Positions 12,001 to 25,200 of a DNA stretch of 64,000 nt are shown here, in pieces (within the stretch, counting starts at the first letter, position 1; each line of letters starts with the position of its first letter). The translations under genes and the position numbers were made by a program. The notes below the pieces were generated by a model. The model was given only the letters and a program-made list of their open reading frames with translations, was not told the origin of the DNA and did no database searches. Location: the NCBI RefSeq assembly GCF_009914755.1, contig NC_060933.1; one strand, 5' to 3'. The DNA is from the human T2T-CHM13v2.0 reference genome, Homo sapiens.

Positions 12001-15000
12001 ACCTGAACAGAATGGAATGGCATGGAATGGAACGGAACGTAATGGAATGGAATGGACTGGAATGGAATGGAATGGAATGGAATGGAATGCAATGCAATGG
12101 AATGGGATCAACCCCAGTGCAGGGGAATGGAATGGAATGGAATGCAATGGAATGGAGTCATCCGGAATGGAATGGAATGGAATGGAATGCAATGGAATGT
12201 AATCAATCAACCCGAGTGCAATAGAATGCAGTGGAAAGGAATGGAATGGAATGGAATGTACCCGAATAGAATGGAATGAAATGGAGTGTAAGGGAATTAA
12301 AAAGAATCAATCCGAATGTAATGGAATGGAATGGAACGGAATGGAATGGAATGGAATGGATTGGAATGGAATGGAATGGGATGAAATGGAATGGTTTGGA
12401 ATGGAATGGAATCAACCAGAGTGCAATGGAATGGAATCGAATGGAATGGAATGGAATGGAATGGATTCAACCCGAATGGAATGGAAAGGAATGGAATAAA
12501 CCCGAGTGAAATTGCATGGAAGGGAATGGAATGGAATGGAATGGTACGGAATAGAATGGAATGGAAAGAAATGGAATGGAATGGAATGGAATGGAATAGA
12601 ATGGAATGAAACCGTGTGCAATGGAATGGAATGGAATGGAATGGAATGGAATGGGTTCAACTAGAATAGAATGGAAAGGAATGGAATCAACCCGAGTGGA
12701 ATGGCATGGAAAGGAATGAAATGGAATGGAATAGAATGGAATGAAATGAAATGGAATGGAATGGAATGGAATGAAATGGAATGGAATGAAATGGAATGGA
12801 ATGGAATGGAATGAAATGGAATGGAATGGAATGGAATGGAATGGAATGGAATGGAATGGAATGGAATGCAATGCAATGGAATGGGATCAACCCGAGTGCA
12901 GGGGAATGGAATGGAATGGAATGCAATGGAATGGAGTCATCCGGAATGGAATGGAATGGAATGGAATGCAATGGAATGGAATCAATCAACCCGAGTGCAA
13001 TAGAATGCAGTGGAAAGGAATGGAATGGAATGGAAAGTACCCGAATGGAATGGAATGAAATGGAGTGTAAGGGAATTAAAAAGAATCAATCCGAATGTAA
13101 TGGAATGGAATGGAACGGAATGGAATGGAATGGAATGGATTGGAATGGAATGGAATGGAATGAAATGGAATGGCATGGAATGGAATGGAATAAACCCGAG
13201 TGCAATGGAATGGAATCGAATGGAATGGAATGGAATGGAATGGATTCAACCCGAATGGAATGGAAAGGAATGGAATAAACCCGAGAGAAATTGCATGGAA
13301 GGGAATGGAATGGAATGGAATGGTACGGAATAGAATGGAATGGAAAGAAATGGAATGGAATGGAATGGAATGGAATGGAATGGAATGGAATAGAATGGAA
13401 TGAACCCGTGTGAAATGGAATGGAATGGAATGGAATGGAATGGAATGGAATGGGATCAACTCGAATAGAATGGAAAGGAATGGAATCAACCCGAGTGGAA
13501 TGGCATGGAAAGGAATGAAATGGAATGGAATGGAATGGAATGGAATGAAATGGAATGGAATGGAATGGAATGAAATGGAATGGAATGGAATGGAATGGAA
13601 TGAAATGGAATCGAATGGAATGGAATGAAATGGAATGGAATGGAATGGAATGGAATGGAATGGAATGGAATCAACCCGAGTGCAATGTAATGGAATTGAA
13701 TGGAATGGAATGGAATGGAATGGAATGGAATGGATTCAACCCGAATGGAATGGAAAGGAATGGAATAAACCCGAGTGGAATGGCATGGAATGGAGTGTAA
13801 TGGGATGGAATGGAATGGAATGGTGCGGAAGAGAATGGAATGGAACGAAATGGAATGGAATGGAATTGAATGGAATGGAAGGGAGTGGAATGGAATGGAA
13901 TGAACCCGTGTGCAATGGAATGGAATGGAACGGAATGGAATGGAATGGAATCGAATGGATTCAACCCGAATGGAATGGAAAGGAATGGAATCAACCCGAG
14001 TGGAATGGCATGGAATGGAGTGGAATGGAATGGAATGGAATGGTACGGAATAGAATGGAATGGAACGAAAAGGAATGGAATGGAATGGAATGGAATCAAC
14101 CTGAGTGCAATGGAATGGAGTGGAATGGAATGTAATGGAATGGAAACAACCCGAATGGAATAGAACGTAATGGAGTGTAAGGGAATTGAGTACAATCAAT
14201 CCGAATGTAATGGAATGGAATGTAACGGAATGGAATGGAATGGAATGGAATGGAATGCAGTGGAATGGAATCATACCTAGTGCAATGGAATGGAATGGAA
14301 TGGAATGGAATGGAATGAAATGGATTGGATTCAACCCAAATGGAATGGAAAGCAATGGAATCAACCCGAGTGGAATGGCATGGAATGGAATGGAATGAAA
14401 TGGAATGGAATGGAATGGTATGGAATAGAATGGAATGGAACGAAATGGAATGGAATGGAATGGAATGGAACGGAATGGAATGGAATCAACTCGATTGCAA
14501 TGTAATGTAATGTAATGGAATGGAATGGAATTAACGCGAATAGAATGGAACAGATTGGAATGGAATGGAATGGAATGGAATCAATCTGAGTGCAGGGGAA
14601 TGGAATGGAATGGAATGCAATGGAATGGAATGGAATGGAATGCAATGGAATCAACTCGATTGCAATGGGATGGAATGGAATGGAATGGAATGGAATTAAC
14701 CTGCACAGAATGGAATGGAATGGAAAGGAACGGAACGAAATGGAATGGAATGGAATGGAATGGAATGGAACGGAATGGAATGGAATGGAATGGATTGGAA
14801 TGGAATGGAATGGAATGAAATGGAATGGCATGGAATGGAATGGAATCAACCCGAGTGCAATGGAATGGAATCGAATGGAATAGAATGGAATGGAATGGAT
14901 TCAACCCGAATGGAATGGAAAGGAATGGAATAAACCCGAGTGAAATGGCATGGAAGGGAATGGAATGGAATGGAATGGTACGGAATAGAATGGAATGGAA

Positions 15001-18000
15001 CGAAATGGAATGGAATGGAATGGAATGGAATGGAATGGAATGGGTTCAACTCGAATAGAATGGAAAGGAATGGAATCAACCCGAGTGGAATGGCATGGAA
15101 CGGAATGAAATGGAATGGAATGGAATGGAATGGAATGAAATGGAATGCAATGGAATGGAATGGAATGGAAGGGAATTGAATGCAATGGAATGGAATGGAA
15201 TGGAATTAACCCGAATAGAATGGAATGGAATGGAATGGAATGGAATGGAATGGAATCAACTCGATTTCAATGGAATGGAATGGAAAGGAATGGAATGGAA
15301 TGAAAGGGAATGGAATGGAATGGAATGAAATTAACCCTAATAGAATGGAATGGAATGGAATGGAATGGAATGGAATGGAATGGAATAGAATGGAATCCAC
15401 CCGAATGCAGGGGAATGGAATGGAATGGAATGCAATGGAATGGAATCATACGGAATGGAATGGAATGGAATGGAATGGATTCAACCCGAATGGAATGGAA
15501 CGGAATGGAATCAACCCGACAGGAATGACATGGAATGGAGTGGAATGGAATGGAATGGAACGGAATGGAATCAATCTGAGTGCAGGGGAATGGAATGGAA
15601 TGGAATGCAATGGAATGGAATGGAATGGAATGCAATGGAATCAACTCGATTGCAATGGGATGGAATGGAATGGAATGGAATGGAATTAACCTGAACAGAA
15701 TGGAATGGAATGGAATGGAACGGAAAGTAATGGAATGGAATGGAATGGAATGGAATGGAATGCAATGCAATGGAAAGGGATCAACCCGAGTGCAGGGGAA
15801 TGGAATGGAATGGAATGCAATGGAATGGAGTCATCCGGCATGGAATGGAATGGAATGGAAAGCAATGGAATGGAATCAATCAACCCGAGTGCAATAGAAT
15901 GCAGTGGAAAGGAATGGAATGGAATGGAAAGTACCCGAATGTAATGGAATGAAATGGAGTGTAAGGGAATGAAAAAGAATCAATCCGAATGTAATGGAAT
16001 GGAATGGAAAGGAATGGAATGGAATGGAATGGATTGGAATGGAATGGAATGGAATGAAATGGAATGGCATGGAATGGAATGAAATCAACCCGAGTGCAAT
16101 GGAATGGAATGGAATGGAATGGAATGGAATGGAATGGATTCAACCCGAATGGAATAGAAAGGAATGGAATACACCCGAGTGAAATTGCATGGAAGGGAAT
16201 GGAATGGAATGGAATGGTACGGAATAGAATGGAATGGAACGAAATGGAATGGAATGGAATGGAATAGAATGGAATGGAATGAAATGAAATGGAATGGAAT
16301 GGAATGGAATGAAATGGAATGGAATGGAATGGAATGGAATGGAATCAACCCGAGTGCAATGTAATGGAATTGATTGGAATGGAATGGAATGGAATGGAAT
16401 TGAATGGAATGGAATGGATTCAACCCGAATGGAATGGAAAGGAATGGAATAAACCCGAGTGGAATGGCATGGAATGGAATGGAATGGAATGGAATGGAAT
16501 GGTACGGAATAGAATGGAATGGAACGAAATGGAATGGAATGGAATTGAATGGAGTGGAATGGAATGGAATGGAATGGTGCGGAAGAGAATGGAATGGAAC
16601 GAAATGGAATGGAATGGAATTGAACGGAATGGAATGGAATGGTATGGAATGGAATGAACCCGTGTGCAATGGAATGGAATGGAATGGAATGGAATGGAAT
16701 GGAATGGAATGGATTCAACTCGAATGGAATGGAAGGGAATGGAATCAACCCCAGTGGAATGGCATGGAATGGAATGGAATGGAATGGAATGGAATGGAAT
16801 GGAATGGTATGGAATAGAATGGAATGGAATGAAATGGAATGGAATGGAATGGAATGGAATGGAATGGAATGGAATGGAATGGAATGGATTGGATTCAACC
16901 CAAATGGAATGGAAAGCAATGGAATCAACCCGAATGGAATGGCATGGAATGGAATGGAATGAAATGGAACGGAATGGAATGGTACGGAATAGAATGGAAT
17001 GGAACCAAATGGAATGGAATGGAATGGAATGGAACGGAATGGAATGGAATCAACTCGATTGCAATGTAATGGAATGGAATGGAATGGAATGGAATTAACG
17101 CGAATAGAATGGAACGGAATGGAATGGAATGGAATGGAATGGAATGGAATCAACTCGATTGAAATGGAATGGAATGGAATGCAATGGAATGGAATGGAAT
17201 TAACCCTAATAAAATGGAATGGAATGGAATGGAATGGAAGGGAATGGAATGGAATGGAATGGAATGGAATGGAATTAACCCGATTAGAATGGAATGGAAT
17301 GGAATGGAATGGAATGAAATGGAATGGAATGGAATGGAATCAACTCGATTTCAATGGAATGGAATGGAAAGGAATGGAATGGAATGAAAGGGAATGGAAT
17401 GGAATGGAATGAAATTCAACCGAATAGAATGGAATGGAATGGAATGGAATGGAATGGCATGGAATAGAATGGAATCCACCCGAGTGCAGGGGAATGGAAT
17501 GGAATGGAATGGAATGGAATGGAATGGAATGGAATGCAATGGAATGGAATCATACGGAATGGAATGGAATGGAATGGAATGGATACAACCCGAATGGAAT
17601 GGAAAGGAATGGAATCAACCCGAGTGGAATGGCATGGAATGGAGTAGAATGGAATGGAATGGAATGGTACGGAATAGAATGGAAAGGAACGAAAAGGAAT
17701 GGAATGGAATGGAATGGAATGGAATGGAATGGAATGCAATCAACCTGAGTGCAATGGAATGGAGTGGAATGGAATGTAATGGAATGGAAACAACCCGAAT
17801 GGAATAGAATGTAATGGAGTGTAAGGGAATTGAGTACAATCAATCCGAATGTAATGGAATGGAATGGAACGGAATGGAATGGAGTGGAATGGAATGGAAT
17901 GCAGAGGAATCTAATCATACCTAGTGCAATGGAATGGAATGGAATGGAATGGAATGGAATGGAATGGAATGGATTGGATTCAACCCAAATGGAATGGAAA

Positions 18001-19254
18001 GCAATGGAATCAACCCGAGAGGAATGGCATGGAATGGAATGGAATGAAATGGAATGGAATGGAATGGTACGGAATAGAATGGAATGGAACGAAATTTAAT
18101 GGAATGGAATGGAATGGAACTGAATGGAATGGAATCAACTCGATTGCAATGTAATGTAATGGAATGGAATGGAATGGAATTAACGCGAATAGAATGGAAC
18201 AGAATGGAATGGAATGGAATGGAATGGAATCAATCTGAGTGCAGGGGAATGGAATGGAATGGAATGCAATGGAATGGAATGGAATGGAATGCAATGGAAC
18301 CAACTCGATTGCAATGGGATGGAATGGAATGGAATGGAATGGAATTAACCTGAACAGAATGGAATGGAATGGAATGGAATGGAACGTAATGGAATGGAAT
18401 GGAATGGAATGCAATGCAATGGAATGGGATCAACCCGAGTGCAGGGGAATGGAATGGAATGGAATGCAATGGAATGGAGTCATCCGGAATGGAATGGAAT
18501 GGAATGGAATGCAACGGAATGGAATCAATCAACTCGAGTGCAATAGAATGCAGTGGAAAGGAATGGAATGGAATGGAAAGTACCCGAATGGAATGGAATG
18601 AAATGGAGTGTAAGGGAATTAAAAAGAATCAATCCGAATGTAATGAAATGGAATGGAACGGAATGGAATGGAATGGAATGGATTGGAATGGAATGGAATG
18701 GAATGAAATGGAATGGCATGGAATGGAATGGAATCAACCCGAGTGCAATGGAATGGAATCGAATGGAATGGAATGGAATGGAATGGATTCAACCCGAATG
18801 GAATGGAAAGGAATGGAATAAACCCGAGTGAAATGGCATGGAAGGGAATGGAATGGAATGGAATGGTACGGAATAGAATGGAATGGAACGAACTGGAATG
18901 GAATGGAATGGAATGGAATGGAATGGAATGGAATAGAATGGAATGAACCCGTGTGCAATGGAATGGAATGGAATGGAATGGAATGGAATGCAATGGGTTC
19001 AACTCGAATAGAATGGAAAGGAATGGAATCAACCCGAGTGGAATGGCATGGAACAGAATGAAATGGAATGGAATGGAATGGAATGGAATGAAATGGAATG
19101 GAATGGAATGGAATGGAATGGAATGAAATGGAATGGAATGGAATGGAATGGAATGAAATGGAATGGAATGGAATGGAATGGAATCAACCCGAGTGCAATG
19201 GAATGGAATGGAATGGAATGGAATGGAATGGAATGGAATGGAATGGAATGGAAT
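9005..19254 (+). repeat. Copy 1 (10.25 kb, internally shortened) of a large tandem duplication; blocks X (~9005-11100), Y (~11110-15550), Z (~15560-19250)
   Basis: Rare variants recur downstream at three stepwise offsets. ~10.26 kb: TATAGCAG 9159/19409, GAGTGAACTGG 10860/21120. ~12.5 kb: TCCAACCGAG 11123/23671, CCTGCACAG 14700/27218. ~17.46 then 18.54 kb: CGGAAAGTAA 15721/33183, GAAATTTAAT 18091/36628. Confidence 0.88.
12085..13530 (+). repeat. ~0.75-0.78 kb tandem sub-duplication (also present in copy 2 at ~24635-26030)
   Basis: The module GGGATCAACC...GAGTCATCCGG...AATCAATCAACCCG...ATTAAAAAGAATC...GAAATTGCATGGAAGGG occurs twice in succession (ATTAAAAAG ~12296/13075 and ~24844/25583). Confidence 0.8.
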
Positions 19255-22200
19255 GGAATCAATCTGAGTGCAGGGGAATGGAATGGAATGGAATGCAATG
19301 GAATGGAATGGAATGGAATGGAATGCAATGGAATCAACTCGATTGCAATGGGATGGAATGGAATGGAATGGAATGGAATTAACCTGAACAGAATGGAATG
19401 GAATGGAATATAGCAGAATGGAATGGAATGGAATGGAATGGAATGGAATGGAATGGAATGGAATGGAATGCAATGCAATGGAATGGGATCAACCCGAGTG
19501 CAGGGGAATGGAATGGAATGGAATGCAATGGAATGGAGTCATCCGGAATGGAATTTAATGGAATGGAATGCAATGGAATGGAATCAATCAACCCGAGTTC
19601 AATAGAATGCAGTGGAAAGGAATGGAATGGAATGGAAAGTACCAGAATGGAATGGAATGTAATGGAGTGTAAGGGAATTAAAAAGAATCAATCCGAATGT
19701 AATGGAATGGAATGGAACGGAATGGAATGGAATGGAATGGATTGGAATGGAATGGAATGGAATGAAATGGAATGGCATGGAATGGAATGGAATCAACCCG
19801 AGTGCAATAGAATGGAATGGAATGGAATGGAATGGAATGGAATGGAATCAACCCGAATGGAATGGAAAGGAATGGAATAAACCTGAGTGAAATGGCATGG
19901 AAGGGAATGGAATGGAATGGAATGATACGGAATAGAATGGAATGGAACGAAATGGAATGGAAAGGAATGGAATGGAATGGAATGGAATGGAATGAACCCG
20001 TGTGCAATGGAATGGAATGGAATGGAATGGAATGGAATGGAATGGAATGGAATGGAATGAAATGGGGTCAACTCGAATAGAATGTAAAGCAATGGAATCA
20101 ACCCAAGTGGAATGGCATGGAACGGAATGAAATGGAATGGAATGGAATGGAATGGAATGGAATGGAATGAAATGGAATGGAATGGAATGGAATGAAATGG
20201 AATGGAATGGAATGAAATGGAATGGAATGAAATGGAATGGAATCAACCCGAGTGCAATGTAATGGAATGGAATGGAATGGAATGGAAAGGAATGGAATGG
20301 AATGAAAAGGAATGGATTCAACCCGAATGGAATGGAAAGGAATGGAATAAACCCGAGTGGAATGGCATGGAATGGAGTGGAATGGAATGGAATGGAATGG
20401 AATGGTGCGGAAGAGAATGGAATGGAACGAAATGGAATGGAATGGAATTGAATGGAATGGAATGGAATGGAATGGAATGGAATGAACCCGTGTGCAATAG
20501 AATGGAATGGAATGGAATGGATTCAACTCGAATGGAATGGAAAGGAATGGAATCAACCCGAGTGGAATGGCATGGAATGGAATGGAATGGAATGGAATGG
20601 AATGGTATGGAATAGAATGGAATGGAACGAAATGGAATGGAATGGAATGGAATGGAATGGAATGGAATGGAATCAACCCGAGTGCAGGGGAATGGAATGG
20701 AATGGAAGGCAATGGAATGGAATCATCCGGAATTGAATGGAATGGAATGGAATGGAATGGAATGGAATCAACTCGATTGAAATGGAATGGAATGGAATGG
20801 AATGGAATGGAATGGAATGGAATGGAATGGAATTAACCCTAATAGAATGGAATGGAATGCAATGGAATGGAAGGGAATGGAATGGAATGGAATTAACCCG
20901 AATAGAATGGAATGGAATGGAATGGAATGGAATGGAATGGAATGGAAAGGAATGGAATCAACTCGATTTCAATGGAATGGAATGGAAAGGAATGGAATGG
21001 AATGAAAGGGAATGGAATGCAATGGAATGAAATTAACCCGAATAGAATGGAATGGAATGGAATGGAATGGAATGGAATGGAATGGAATGGAATGGAATGG
21101 AATAGAATGGAATCCACCCGAGTGAACTGGAATGGAATGGAATGGAATGCAATGGAATGGAATCATACGGAATGGAATGGAATGGAATGGAATGGATTCA
21201 ACCCGAATGGAATGGAAAGGAATGGAATCAACCCGAGTGGAATGGCATGGAATGGAGAGGAATGGAATGGAATGGAATGGTACGGAATAGAATGGAATGG
21301 AACGAAATGGAATGGAATGGAATGGAATGGAATCAACCTGAGTGCAATGGAATGGAGTGGAATGGAATGTAATGGAATGGAAACAACCCGAATGGAATAG
21401 AATGTAATGGAGTGTAAGGGAATTGAGTACAATCAATCCGAATGTAATGGAATGGAATGGAACGGAATGGAATGGAATGGAATGGAATGGAATGCAGTGG
21501 AATGGAATCATACCTAGTGCAATGGAATGGAATGGAATGGAATGGAATGGAATGGAATGGATTGGATTCAACCCAAATGAAACGGAAAGCAATGGAATCA
21601 ACCCGAGTGGAATGGCATGGAATGGAATGGAATGAAATTGAATGGAATGGAATGGTACGGAATAGAATGGAATGGAACGAAATGGAATGGAATGGAATGG
21701 AATGGAACGGAAAGGAATGGAATCAACTCGATTGCAATGTAATGGAATGGAATGGAATGGAATGGAATTAACGCGAATAGAATGGAACGGAATGGAATGG
21801 AATGGAATGGAATCAATCTGAGTGCAGGGGAATGGAATGGAATGGAATGGAATGGAATGGAATGGAATGGAATGGAATGGAATGCAATGGAATCAACTCG
21901 ATTTCAATGGGATGGAATGGAAGGGAATGGAATGGAATGGGATCAACCCGAGTGCACGGGAATGGAATGGAATGGAATGCAATGGAATGGAGTCATCCGG
22001 AATGGAATGGAATGGAATGGAATGCAATGGAATGGAATCAATCAACCCGAGTGCAATAGAATGCAGTGGAAAGGAATGGAATGGAATGGAAAGTACCCGA
22101 ATGGAATGGAATGTAATGGAGTGTAAGGGAATTAAAAAGAATGAATCCGAATGTAGTGGAATGGAATGGAATGGAATGCAATGGAATGGAATGGAATGGA

Positions 22201-25200
22201 ATGCAGTGGAATGGAATCATACCTAGTGCAATGGAATGGAATGGAATGGAATGGAATGGAATGAAATGGATTGGATTCAACCCAAATGGAATGGAAAGCA
22301 ATGGAATCAACCCGAGTGGAATGGCATGGAATGGAATGGAATGAAATGGAATGGAATGGAATGGTACGGAATAGAATGGAATGGAACGAAATGGAATGGA
22401 ATGGAATGGAATGCAACGGAATGGAATGGAATCAACTCGATTGCAATGTAATGTAATGGAATGGAATGGAATGGAATTAACGCGAATAGAATGGAACAGA
22501 ATGGAATGGAATGGAATGGAATGGAATCAATCTGAGTGCAGGGGAATGGAATGGAATGGAATGCAATGGAATGGAATGGAATGGAATGCAATGGAATCAA
22601 CTCGATTGCAATGGGATGGAATGGAATGGAAAGGAATGGAATTAACCTGAACAGAATGGAATGGAATGGAATGGAACGGAACGCAATGGAATGGAATGGA
22701 ATGGAATGGAATGGAATGCAATGGAATGGAATGCAATGGAATGGGATCAACCCGAGTGCAGGGGAATGGAATGGAATGGAATGCAATGGAATGGAGTCAT
22801 CCGGAATGGAATGGAATGGAATGGAATGCAATGGAAAGGAATCAATCAACCCGAGTGCAATACAATGCAGTGGAAAGGAATGGAATGGAATGGAAAGTAC
22901 CCGAATGGAATGGAATGAAATGGAGTGTAAGGGAATTAAAAAGAATCAATCCGAATGTAATGGAATGGAATGGAACGGAATGGAATGGAATGGAATGGAT
23001 TGGAATGGAATGGAATGGAATGAAATGGAATGGCATGGAATGGAATGGAATCAACCAGAGTGCAATGGAATGGAATGGAATGGAATGGAATGGAATGGAA
23101 TGGAATGGATTCAACCCGAATGGAATGGAAAGGAATGGAATAAACCCGAGTGAAATGGCATGGAAGGGAATGAAATGGAATGGAATGGTACGGAATAGAA
23201 TGGAATGGAACGAAATGGAATGGAACGGAATGGAATGGAATGGAATGGAATGGAATGGAATAGAATGGAATGAACCCGTGTGAAATGGAATGGAATGGAA
23301 TGGAATGGAATGTAATGGGTTCAACTCGAATAGAATGGAAAGGAATGGAATCAACCCGAGTGGAATGGCATGGAACGGAATGAAATGGAATGGAATGGAA
23401 TGGAATGGAATGAAATGGAATGGAATGGAATGGATTGGAAGGCAATGGAATGGAATGGAATGGAATGGAATTAACCCGAATAAAATGGAATGGAATGGAA
23501 TGGAATGGAATGGAATGGAATGGAATGGAATCAACTCGATTTCAATGGAATGGAATGGAAAGGAATGGAATGGAATGAAAGGGAATGGAATGGAATGGAA
23601 TGAAATTAACCCTAATAGAATGGAATGGAATCGAATGGAATGGAATGGAATGGAATGGAATAGAATGGAATCCAACCGAGTGCAGGGGAATGGAATGGAA
23701 TGGAATGCAATGGAATGGAATCATACGGAATGGAATGGAATGCAATGGAATGGATTCAACCCGAATGGAATGGAACGGAATGGAATCAACCCGACTGGAA
23801 TGGCATGGAATGGAGTGGAATGGAATGGAATGGAATGGTTCGGAATAGAATGGAATGGAACGAAATGGAATGGAATGGAATGGAATGGAATGGAATCAAC
23901 CTGAGTGCAATGGAATGGAGTGGAATGGAATGTAATGGAATGGAAACAACTCGAATAGAATAGAATGTAATGGAGTGTAAGGGAATTGAGTACAATCAAT
24001 CCGAATGTAATGGAATGCAGTGGAACGGAATGGAATGGAATGGAATGGAATGGAATGCAGTGGAATGGAATCATACCTAGTGCAATGGAATGGAATGGAA
24101 TGAAATGGAATGGAATGGAATGGATTGGATTCAACCCAAATGGAATGGAAAGCAATGGAATCAACCCGAGTGTAATGGCATGGAATGGAGTGGAATGAAA
24201 TGGAATGGAATGGAATGGTACGGAATAGAATGGAATGGAATGAAATGGAATGGAATGGAATGGAATGGAACGGAATGGAATGGAATCAACTCGATTGCAA
24301 TGTAATGTAATGCAATGGAATGGAATGGAATTAACGCGAATAGAATGGAACGGAATGGAATGGAATGGAATGGAATGGAATGGAATCAACTCGATTGAAA
24401 TGGAATGGAATGGAATGGAATGGAATGGAATCAATCTGAGTGCAGGGGAATGGAATGGAATGGAATGAAATGGAATGGAATGGAATGGAATGCAATGGAA
24501 TCAACTCGATTGCAATGGGATGGAATGGAATGGAATGGAATGGAATTAACCTGAACAGAATGGAATGGCATGGAATGGAACGGAACGTAATGGAATGGAA
24601 TGGACTGGAATGGAATGGAATGGAATGGAATGGAATGCAATGCAATGGAATGGGATCAACCCCAGTGCAGGGGAATGGAATGGAATGGAATGCAATGGAA
24701 TGGAGTCATCCGGAATGGAATGGAATGGAATGGAATGCAATGGAATGTAATCAATCAACCCGAGTGCAATAGAATGCAGTGGAAAGGAATGGAATGGAAT
24801 GGAATGTACCCGAATAGAATGGAATGAAATGGAGTGTAAGGGAATTAAAAAGAATCAATCCGAATGTAATGGAATGGAATGGAACGGAATGGAATGGAAT
24901 GGAATGGATTGGAATGGAATGGAATGGGATGAAATGGAATGGTTTGGAATGGAATGGAATCAACCAGAGTGCAATGGAATGGAATCGAATGGAATGGAAT
25001 GGAATGGAATGGATTCAACCCGAATGGAATGGAAAGGAATGGAATAAACCCGAGTGAAATTGCATGGAAGGGAATGGAATGGAATGGAATGGTACGGAAT
25101 AGAATGGAATGGAAAGAAATGGAATGGAATGGAATGGAATGGAATAGAATGGAATGAAACCGTGTGCAATGGAATGGAATGGAATGGAATGGAATGGAAT

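Noticed and set aside
17906-17920. DUX4-like site GAATCTAATCA (also ~35384 and ~36449)
   Set aside because: Mismatch at the first position of TAAYYTAATCA, only three copies from one mutation, and consistent with chance.
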